From NCBI GenBank assembly GCA_964354765.1, contig CAYHBE010000001.1, positions 1 to 38,190 of the forward strand: a stretch of DNA of 38,190 nucleotides, given 5' to 3'. Of this stretch, positions 8,234 to 15,430 are shown one piece after another. Below the pieces are notes generated by a model, which saw only the letters and a program-made list of their open reading frames with translations, had not been told where the DNA came from and ran no database searches. The position numbers and the translations under genes were made by a program. How positions within the stretch are numbered: the stretch's first letter is position 1; every line of letters starts with the position of its first letter. The DNA is from an uncultured Dehalococcoidales bacterium (lineage in GTDB: Bacteria > Chloroflexota > Dehalococcoidia > Dehalococcoidales > Fen-1064).

Positions 8234-8482
8234 TTGGTACTGAGAAGGCGACCCGAAAGATCATCCGACGACGATTCAAAGGGGCAAAGCAACGATATGG
8301 CAGTTCAGAAGCTGGAAGACAGGTTGGACGCGCTCGACCGTCGACTAGACAATATCGACTCCATGGTTACTGCTGTTGCCGAGCGGGTCATGAACCGACC
8401 GCTCGTCGTTAATGTTACTTGTCCTCATTGTGGCAAAAATATGGAGATTGCCCTCATCGGCACAGAGAAACCCACCCGTTAA
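8234..8482 (+). CDS. Small hypothetical protein with a coiled-coil segment and a single CxxC
   Basis: The TTG at 8234 lies 5 nt after GGAGG. An alternative ATG at 8297 would give 61 aa: MAVQKLEDRLDALDRRLDNIDSMVTAVAERVMNRPLVVNVTCPHCGKNMEIALIGTEKPTR. The longer N-terminal extension in the ORF track overlaps the promoter and is unlikely. Confidence 0.5.
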   Translation: MVLRRRPERSSDDDSKGQSNDMAVQKLEDRLDALDRRLDNIDSMVTAVAERVMNRPLVVNVTCPHCGKNMEIALIGTEKPTR

Positions 8483-8491
8483 CCTCACAAA

Positions 8492-9826
8492 TTACAGAAG
8501 TGGCAGGTACCGTTTCACCTCGTAAGCAGACACCTGCGTCCGGTAATTGTCCCACTCGATCTTCTTATTTTGTATAAAACTCCGGAACACATGCTCTCCG
8601 AGCGCCTTCCTCACCAGAGCGCTTTTTTCAGTTAAGCTGACTGCTTCAAACAGGTTACCGGGTAGACTTCCAATGCCTCGTTTTTGACGTTCCTCTGGAC
8701 TCATCTCGTAAACGTTTTCTTCCGTGGGATTGACCAGTGCCGTTTTCTTTTCGATACCGTCCAATCCTGCAGCCAGAATCACGCTGAAGGCAAGATATGG
8801 ATTGCAGGCGGGATCAGGCACTCTGAACTCGATCCTGGTGGCATTTTCCTTGCCAGGCTGGTACATAGGGATACGGATCATGTCCGATCGATTTCTTCGC
8901 GCCCATGATACATATACAGGCGCTTCGTAGCCAGGAACAAGCCGCTTGTACGAGTTCACCCACTGGCTGACAACCGAGCATATTTCCGGTGCGTGCCTTA
9001 GGAGTCCGGCAGTGTAATGCCGGGCGATTTGAGAAAGATAGAAGGGATCCGACTTATCGAAAAAGACATTTCGACCGTTTTTAAATAGCGACTGGTGCGT
9101 GTGCATGCCACTGCCGGCAATGCCAAAAATCGGCTTGGGCATAAAAGTGGCGTATAATCCGTGCCGCTCGGCGATTTCTTTAATAACCAACCTGGTGGTC
9201 ATAATGTTGTCTGCCATTGTGAGCGCATCGGTATACTGTAAGTCGATTTCATGCTGGCTAATGGCTACTTCGTGGTGACTCGACTGTACCTTGATGCCCA
9301 TTTGCTCGAGGATAAGGATTGTCTCGAGACGCAGGTCGCTGGCGATATCAGGCGGAGTCAGGTCAAAGTAGCCGCCTTCGTCGATGGTCTCGGTACCAGT
9401 GTTGTTCTTAAGATAGAAGAATTCAAGTTCGGGACCGACGTTGAAGGTATAACCATACTTGCTGGCTTTTTCAAGGTTACGTTTTAACACATTGCGCGGG
9501 TCGCCTTCAAATGACTCCCCGCCTGGCTTTCGAATGTCGCAAATTAGCCTCGCTGTCGGCGATGTATTTGGACTCCAGGGTATTATTCGAAGAGTTGACG
9601 GATCCGGGAGCGCAACCATATCGCTTTCGTCGATGCGGGCAAACCCTTCAACCGATGATCCATCAAAACCAAAGCCATCGTGCAGAGCCCCCTCTAATTC
9701 CCGCGGCGCAATGTCGATGCTCTTGAGAAAACCGACGATATCAGTAAACCAGAGACTAATTTGCTTGATATTTTGCTGCTTAACCGCAAGGAGTACGTTT
9801 TCTATGGCAGAGCTTTTTTGGGGCAT
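8492..9826 (-). CDS. glnA: Glutamine synthetase, type I
   Basis: 444 aa. Typical GS-I sequence (GFDGSS, GPELEFF, SHHEVA.SQHEIDL, MPKP, GSGMHTHQSL, NPY). Confidence 0.95.
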   Translation of the reverse strand: MPQKSSAIENVLLAVKQQNIKQISLWFTDIVGFLKSIDIAPRELEGALHDGFGFDGSSVEGFARIDESDMVALPDPSTLRIIPWSPNTSPTARLICDIRKPGGESFEGDPRNVLKRNLEKASKYGYTFNVGPELEFFYLKNNTGTETIDEGGYFDLTPPDIASDLRLETILILEQMGIKVQSSHHEVAISQHEIDLQYTDALTMADNIMTTRLVIKEIAERHGLYATFMPKPIFGIAGSGMHTHQSLFKNGRNVFFDKSDPFYLSQIARHYTAGLLRHAPEICSVVSQWVNSYKRLVPGYEAPVYVSWARRNRSDMIRIPMYQPGKENATRIEFRVPDPACNPYLAFSVILAAGLDGIEKKTALVNPTEENVYEMSPEERQKRGIGSLPGNLFEAVSLTEKSALVRKALGEHVFRSFIQNKKIEWDNYRTQVSAYEVKRYLPLL

Positions 9827-9956
9827 GCTTTTCTCCTTTTTTTGCGAATCACAAGATGTTGCTGTATTCTAGTAATTTATATGAGTATACCCTGAAAGAA
9901 GTTGTTTTTAAAGGGGAGCAGTTCAACTATCAAAGAATGAGTAAAGGATTATCCTA

Positions 9957-11333
9957 ATGCTGCAACTTATTATTGTGCTGGTATTCTTTATCGCGATGAT
10001 TCTCATTGGTGTTTTGGCACGTAAAAATGCGACCGACACCAAGAATTTTTTCGTAATGGGGCAAAAAGGTTCGACTCTTTATATCGCCGGGTCGCTTTTT
10101 GCGACTATCATTGGAGCTTCAGCGACACTCGGAATGGCTGGACTGGGGTACAGTCGAGGTTTCACAGGTATGTGGTGGCTGCTGCCCGGTAGCATTGGAC
10201 TGTTGATACTCGGTATTTTCCTGGCGAAGAAAGTAAGAGAAACAGGACTCTACACCCTCCCCGAACTGGCTACCAAGCAATATAATCGATGGGTGGGAAT
10301 GGCGGTATCAGTGCTGGTACCAATCGCCTGGCTGGGAGTAATTGGCGGGCAGATTGTCGCTGCAGGTAAAATCATGGCGGTGCTTGGTATTGGTAGTCCT
10401 GAATTATGGATGGTGATATCGACCGCGGCTTTTGTCTTTATTACGGTACTAGGAGGACAGTGGGCGGCAATAAAAACCGACCTCTACCAGGGAATCATCA
10501 TAATCATTGGAATAGGGGGTGGTTTGATATTCATTCTTTCTAGACTTGGCGGATTTGAGACATTAATAGCGGAATCGCCACCATCTTCTCTATCTTTCCC
10601 GCTCAGTGAGACGTTTGGTGTTTATGATTGGATTAAACTGCTTCTGCTGGTTGGATTGACATACGTGGTTGGTCCTGATATTTATTCGCGCATCCTCTCA
10701 GCACGCGACGGCACTACGGCGCGGCGGTCCGTGTTCTGGGCGGCTGGACTGCTGCTACCGTTAACGTTCAGTATTGTTGTCATAGGAATGAGTGCGGCCG
10801 TGCTTTTCCCTGGCATTGCTGCTGAGCAAGCTCTCCCGACTATCGTTAAAGAAGTCATGCCTCCGATATTGTCCGGTCTGGTCCTGGCTGCACTTCTCTG
10901 TGCGGTAATGTCTCCCAGCCTCCTTCTGAGTGCAAGTACCATCGTCACAGAAGACATCATTCACAGGCTCAAACCTTCGCTTAGAGAAAAGCAGGTTTTA
11001 GCCATCTCTCGCATAAGCGTGGCAGTGATGGGAATGCTATCTTTACTGGTCGCTTTATATCTCAAGGGAATTATCAGTTCTCTGCTTTATGCTTACACAA
11101 TCTTTACGGCAGGGGTTATTCCATTAGTTATCGCTGGCTTCTACCGAGAAAAACTAAAAGTAACTTCCCTGGGAGCGCTGGCAGCGCTTGTCGGAGGTGG
11201 TTCGCTAGGATTTATTAGCCAATTGCTTAAAATCAAGTATCTCGATCTTGGGGCACTTGGAGCGAGTATTTTTCTACTATTTGGAGTTAGCCTGCTTGAG
11301 AGGGTGATAAAGTCGGCAAGAAGCAATGTCTAA
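9957..11333 (+). CDS. Sodium:solute symporter (SSS) family transporter
   Basis: 458 aa with roughly 12-13 hydrophobic helices. The N-terminal pattern is typical of SSS/PutP/PanF-like carriers. The substrate cannot be assigned. Confidence 0.8.
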   Translation: MLQLIIVLVFFIAMILIGVLARKNATDTKNFFVMGQKGSTLYIAGSLFATIIGASATLGMAGLGYSRGFTGMWWLLPGSIGLLILGIFLAKKVRETGLYTLPELATKQYNRWVGMAVSVLVPIAWLGVIGGQIVAAGKIMAVLGIGSPELWMVISTAAFVFITVLGGQWAAIKTDLYQGIIIIIGIGGGLIFILSRLGGFETLIAESPPSSLSFPLSETFGVYDWIKLLLLVGLTYVVGPDIYSRILSARDGTTARRSVFWAAGLLLPLTFSIVVIGMSAAVLFPGIAAEQALPTIVKEVMPPILSGLVLAALLCAVMSPSLLLSASTIVTEDIIHRLKPSLREKQVLAISRISVAVMGMLSLLVALYLKGIISSLLYAYTIFTAGVIPLVIAGFYREKLKVTSLGALAALVGGGSLGFISQLLKIKYLDLGALGASIFLLFGVSLLERVIKSARSNV

Positions 11334-11410
11334 GTGAGAGCGAACACTGAAATTTTCTTGACTGATATGCTCTCATCTGGTAGCATTTTATAGTACCATG
11401 CTGTATTTAT

Positions 11411-11487
11411 GGGCGGTTAGCTCAGCTGGTTAGAGCACTGCGTTGACATCGCAGAGGCCACTGGTTCGAGTCCAGTATCGCCCACCA
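11411..11487 (+). tRNA. tRNA-Val (anticodon GAC), with encoded CCA
   Basis: Cloverleaf folded by hand. Acceptor GGGCGGT/ATCGCCC, D arm GCTC..GAGC, anticodon stem CTGCG/CGCAG with loop TTGACAT, T arm ACTGG-TTCGAGT-CCAGT, discriminator A, then CCA. Confidence 0.9.
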
Positions 11488-11512
11488 TTATCCCCGCAGC
11501 CACACCTCGCCA

Positions 11513-11547
11513 CCAAATTCCAATAACCAAGTAATAAATTCCAAGTC
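11513..11547 (+). repeat. Phased heptanucleotide array CCAANNN (4 of 5 consecutive heptads) 26 nt after the tRNA-Val 3' end
   Basis: CCAAATT CCAATAA CCAAGTA ATAAATT CCAAGTC. CCAA starts at 11513, 11520, 11527 and 11541, an exact 7-nt phase. Confidence 0.6.
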
Positions 11548-11562
11548 TTGAAGACTAGTCAA

Positions 11563-11858
11563 TTGATTCGTTTTGTGAAAAGATGGATTTTTATTAAAGC
11601 GTAAGACCATTTTTCGTGCGTAAAAAGGTTACATAACCCATGAAACATCCATCTTAAGACACTAAAATACGCTCGATTCGTTTTCTGGAGAGGTCTGAAT
11701 TTGCTGATTTGAGCGTAGACCTGGTGCCGATTAGGTGTGCCATTACATTATTTGGTTGTTAAAGTACTCTCGATTCGTCCTGCAATGGGGTTTGAGCTTA
11801 ACCAGTCTCGATTTGTTCCGTTTGGTTATTTAAGCCTGAGCAGCCTCGTTTCGTCCTG
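11563..11858. repeat. Five degenerate direct repeats, consensus CTCGATTCGTYYTG
   Basis: Copies start at about 11563 (TTGATTCGTTTTGTG), 11672 (CTCGATTCGTTTTCTG), 11769 (CTCGATTCGTCCTG), 11807 (CTCGATTTGTTCCG) and 11845 (CTCGTTTCGTCCTG). The last copy lies inside the 3' coding end of the 11830..12411 gene. Confidence 0.6.
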
Positions 11859-12411
11859 CGGGAGTACCAGTTTCCGAATCAGGAGACACCAGATGGGACG
11901 CTTCAAGAGCTCCTAAAAGCGCAGCACGAAGCTGCCGGGCATCAAACGCATTCATCCGAGTTTCCGACCGGCACTTTTTTGTCAGCATTTTGGCAGCATC
12001 TTCCAACAGACGATGGTTATCGGGGTAGCTCTCAAGTGCTACCGCCAACTTCACGCGGACGACAGAGGTAAAGGGGCCCGCACGCTCCACTCCAATGAGC
12101 GGATAGGTAAAATGTTGTTCTCCTATCATGGGATTGCCGGATAGATGAGGAGCATATTGCACAGCAGATACCCAAACGCAAATTCCGAGGGCGACTATTT
12201 CTGTTGCCGCCAACAACCAGCCCAGCCGCCTGGGTATAATGATCGCAAGCCCGAGAGCAATTATCAAGACCGGCCAGAATTTCCAGAGTGTACCCCATAA
12301 CCGCCACTCGAGGACCCCTGTTGCCTGGAGCAGCAGCACAACTCCTAAGGACAGTATAAAAATTCCCCACGTAATTGTAATATTATTCCCGCGCCGCTCG
12401 TTCTCAGCCAT
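11830..12411 (-). CDS. Membrane protein with a LiaF/DUF5668-like N-terminal transmembrane region and a C-terminal part of unknown function
   Basis: 193 aa. The N-terminus WGIFILSLGVVLLLQATGVL..LWKFWPVLIIALGLAII resembles the LiaI-LiaF-like TM domain often paired with PspC. Its start abuts the stop of the PspC gene (12411/12412). Confidence 0.6.
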   Translation of the reverse strand: MAENERRGNNITITWGIFILSLGVVLLLQATGVLEWRLWGTLWKFWPVLIIALGLAIIIPRRLGWLLAATEIVALGICVWVSAVQYAPHLSGNPMIGEQHFTYPLIGVERAGPFTSVVRVKLAVALESYPDNHRLLEDAAKMLTKKCRSETRMNAFDARQLRAALLGALEASHLVSPDSETGTPAGRNEAAQA

Positions 12412-12909
12412 TTATCTCTTCCTGGTAATTGTTAAGATTATAATCAGTCCGATTGCAATCAGGACAACCGGGGCGATAATACTCCATCTAAACCAATCGA
12501 ATATGCGGAAAAAGCCGAACACCGCTAACAGCAGAAAAACTCCAATGACGATTAAAATGACACCAAAAATATTACGGCGCCGGGTCTGCTCGTATTCAGT
12601 ATCCTTCGATTCAGACTTATTGCTGGAAAAGGTATCTTTTAAATCTTTCCCAAGTCCCTGTGCTGTGCTTTTCGCCTCTTCGACATTTTCAAGGACAATC
12701 TCTTTGGGGGTTGTCTTAGTACTGCCTTCAAGCGGCACGATAAACGCCATCGCTATGTAAACCAGGATACCTATCCCACCGGTTGCAATCGTCAGTAGTA
12801 TGACCAGGATTCTCATCAAGGATGAATCCATCCCAAAATACCTAGCCAACCCGCCGCAAACACCAAACACTATCCTGTCCTTATCGCTGCGATATAGCTT
12901 GTTTCCCAT
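12412..12909 (-). CDS. PspC-domain membrane protein (phage-shock / envelope stress family)
   Basis: 165 aa. N-terminal PspC domain LYRSDKDRIVFGVCGGLARYFGMDSSLMRILVILLTI followed by TM segments. SD AGGAGG at 12914-12919. Confidence 0.85.
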   Translation of the reverse strand: MGNKLYRSDKDRIVFGVCGGLARYFGMDSSLMRILVILLTIATGGIGILVYIAMAFIVPLEGSTKTTPKEIVLENVEEAKSTAQGLGKDLKDTFSSNKSESKDTEYEQTRRRNIFGVILIVIGVFLLLAVFGFFRIFDWFRWSIIAPVVLIAIGLIIILTITRKR

Positions 12910-12937
12910 ATTTCCTCCTGTCTCAGCCCTTATTGGA

Positions 12938-12966
12938 ATTATAATTCAAGGTATTGAGCGTGGCAA
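12938..12966 (-). promoter_or_regulatory. Near-consensus sigma-70 promoter for the pspC operon
   Basis: Complement strand: TTGCCA (12966-12961), a 17-nt spacer, then TATAAT (12943-12938). Confidence 0.5.
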
Positions 12967-13064
12967 TACGCCCGCAGGATGTTTTTTATAAGTGATATTT
13001 CAGGCTAAGTCATCCTTAAGTAGGACAATGTGTCGGAGAATCAGAAGCGTTAATAAATCCAGTT

Positions 13065-13526
13065 TTATCCTTTGGTGGTCTCCAGGAAACGGATAATCTC
13101 CTCGATGTCAGGCAGCTGGCTAATAGGATACGTTTTTGCGAAAACCACAACCTGTGATTCATCAACAATTACTTTCGCGCGCTGAGAAAAACCATCTTTT
13201 TCACGGAACAAATCGTACAATTTCGCTACCCCGCCATGAGGCCAGAAATCTGCCAGGATACGAGTCTTTTTTAGTCCGATGGCATCCGCCCAGGCTTTCT
13301 TGGAAGGCACCGAATCTATACTTAACCCTACGGCGATAGTGTTCAAACGACTGAGCCGCTCAAAGTTATTCTCCAAGGAAAGCATTTGGTCGCGGCATAC
13401 TCCTGTCCAAGCGAGCGGATGGAAGGATAACAGGACTCTTTTGCCTGCTTGTTCTGCAAGATGAAATGATTTTCCGTTTTGGTCCTGGAGCGTGAAGTCA
13501 GGTGCTTTAACGCCAATTTGTATCAT
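13065..13526 (-). CDS. Peroxiredoxin (AhpC/TSA family, Bcp/PrxQ-like)
   Basis: 153 aa. APDFTLQDQNGKSFHL..LLSFHPLAWTGVCRDQ carries the peroxidatic Cys in a Prx-type context. Confidence 0.85.
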   Translation of the reverse strand: MIQIGVKAPDFTLQDQNGKSFHLAEQAGKRVLLSFHPLAWTGVCRDQMLSLENNFERLSRLNTIAVGLSIDSVPSKKAWADAIGLKKTRILADFWPHGGVAKLYDLFREKDGFSQRAKVIVDESQVVVFAKTYPISQLPDIEEIIRFLETTKG

Positions 13527-13538
13527 CGCCGCCTCTAA

Positions 13539-14216
13539 TTAGTATTTTCTAAGCTCAGTTTGCCCTTTTGTATCGGTTGGTGGAAGATTAGCCATCAACC
13601 CGGAAGGCGACATCCTTCCTCCGGAAATGACCATTTTAAGTGCGTCCTCGACGGAAATCCTGGTACGGATGATATCTTCCTCATGGAGTATTTCGAGGAA
13701 TCCCGAGGTAGGATTGGGGGTAGTGGGGATAAAGACGTTATAGACAGGTCTACCATCCTTATCCACGTCCTCTTTGGTAATAAATCCGATTGTCCGCATT
13801 CCCTTGGCAGGGAATTCCACCAAAACCACCGCTAAAAAGCTGTTCGCATTCTCTTCAGAAAATCCCCTGAAGACTTCCCTGAAAGCCACATATAGCAGAC
13901 GGGCAACCGGGATTTTACCGAGCATCGATTCGCCCCATCGCACAATTCTCCGCCCGACAACATTGGTCATAATAATTCCAATAACAAAGATCAAAAGGAC
14001 GGTAATGCCGAAGCCTACACCTGTTATCGGTTCAGCGCCGAAACGTTCGAAAATCCAGGCGACAACCGGTGCAAGCAGATCTTCGACGCCATTGAATATC
14101 CAGATTAATATCCAGACAGTGAGGCCAATTGGCACTACCACGATTAGACCAGCCACGAATGTGGTACGGATGGTTTTTAAAATCCACCGCCAAATACTTT
14201 TAACGACTGCTTTCAT
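13539..14216 (-). CDS. DUF502-family membrane protein
   Basis: 225 aa. Two N-terminal TM helices plus a conserved core (GRRIVRWGESMLGKIPVARLLY, VFIPTTPNPTSGF) typical of DUF502. Confidence 0.75.
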   Translation of the reverse strand: MKAVVKSIWRWILKTIRTTFVAGLIVVVPIGLTVWILIWIFNGVEDLLAPVVAWIFERFGAEPITGVGFGITVLLIFVIGIIMTNVVGRRIVRWGESMLGKIPVARLLYVAFREVFRGFSEENANSFLAVVLVEFPAKGMRTIGFITKEDVDKDGRPVYNVFIPTTPNPTSGFLEILHEEDIIRTRISVEDALKMVISGGRMSPSGLMANLPPTDTKGQTELRKY

Positions 14217-14314
14217 TCACCTCACCAGTTTGAAAAACAATAAAAACTTGAAAGTGATACCACCATTATCTTAACAGAAAACAACACCCTGCATAATGAT
14301 AATTGAATCGACAA

Positions 14315-15310
14315 TTAATTTGACTGAAAAGGGTGTCCCTGCCGGTCGAAATCCGGTCGATAGTTTTCGGACGAATCCAGAGATTGAATCCAGCCATTAT
14401 CCAGCCCGGTTTTGTTGAGAATAGCTAAGACATCCTGGTATTCGGTTTTTGTGATACGCCTGGATAAAGCTGGGAAACGCGCGGCGCGATGAGCTGGATA
14501 GTACTGAGCCATGACGCTTAAATGGACATCGCGGGAAATTTCCTCAGCTAACCAGTTAAGGGACGATTCGCTTCCTGCCAAGCCTTCGGGGAGAATCAAG
14601 TGACGTACAATCAGTCCTTTTCTTGCCACTCCATCATCATCTATGACCAGGTTACCCACCTGCCTGTACATCTCTTTAATCGCGGTGCGGACATGTTCAA
14701 CATACTGCGGCGCGCGGGAATACTTCCTCGCTGCCTTATTGTCGGCATACCTTAAATCCGGCAAGTAAATATCAATAACGCCATCGAGTAATCTCAACGT
14801 GTCCACCGAATCGTAGCCGCCGGTATTATAAACAGTTGGTATTTTCAAGCCGAGTGGGACTGCTTCGAGGATAGCTCTCGTCAATTGCGGGACAAAATGG
14901 GAAGGTGAGACAAAATTAATGTTGTGGCAACCGCATATATCCTGGAGATAAAGCATTTGCGCAGCTAATGATTTACAGTCAGTTTCACGCCCACGAGCTC
15001 GCCGCCAGTCCTGGCTTATTTGATGATTTTGGCAGTAAGCGCAACGCATATTACAATTACCAAAGAATACGGTACCCGATCCTTTCGTACCGGAAAGCGG
15101 CGGTTCCTCACCGTGATGAGCACAAACCGAGTCGACGACAGGAAATGCTCCGGACCAGCAAAAACCAACCTCACCGGCAAGCCGATTGACCCCACAGTTT
15201 CTTGGACAAAGGTCGCAGTGAGCCAACCGGGCTTCTAGAACTTCGACGCGTTTCTTAAGTTCGCCAGAATGATATAGAGATAAATAGCCTGGTTCCAATT
15301 CGATCCCCAC
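14315..15310 (-). CDS. Radical SAM protein, PflX-like (relative of pyruvate formate-lyase activating enzymes, COG1313)
   Basis: 331 aa, GTG start. CxxxCxxC cluster motif CNMRCAYCQN, plus an N-terminal Cys-rich segment CDLCPRNC. Confidence 0.8.
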   Translation of the reverse strand: MGIELEPGYLSLYHSGELKKRVEVLEARLAHCDLCPRNCGVNRLAGEVGFCWSGAFPVVDSVCAHHGEEPPLSGTKGSGTVFFGNCNMRCAYCQNHQISQDWRRARGRETDCKSLAAQMLYLQDICGCHNINFVSPSHFVPQLTRAILEAVPLGLKIPTVYNTGGYDSVDTLRLLDGVIDIYLPDLRYADNKAARKYSRAPQYVEHVRTAIKEMYRQVGNLVIDDDGVARKGLIVRHLILPEGLAGSESSLNWLAEEISRDVHLSVMAQYYPAHRAARFPALSRRITKTEYQDVLAILNKTGLDNGWIQSLDSSENYRPDFDRQGHPFQSN

Positions 15311-15362
15311 CCACCGTCACAAATCAAAAAGCTTGTGATACAGCCGGACTCTAATTCACCCG

Positions 15363-15386
15363 AAAACCGCAGGCAGGAACGCCTGC
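15363..15386 (-). terminator. Possible intrinsic terminator after gltX
   Basis: Complement RNA: GCAGGC-GUUCCU-GCCUGC (15386->15369) followed by GGUUUUCG. The stem is short and there are only four U residues. Confidence 0.35.
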
Positions 15387-15430
15387 TCGATGTTCAATTA
15401 TTGTATATTGATTCCTGGCTTTTATATTGG

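Noticed and set aside
11488-11829. tRNA-adjacent region checked for an integrase, a prophage end, or a direct repeat of the tRNA 3' end
   Set aside because: No integrase or transposase ORF is present and no copy of the tRNA-Val 3' segment is seen downstream. Only the unrelated 14-mer repeats are present, and they are reported as a finding with that caveat.
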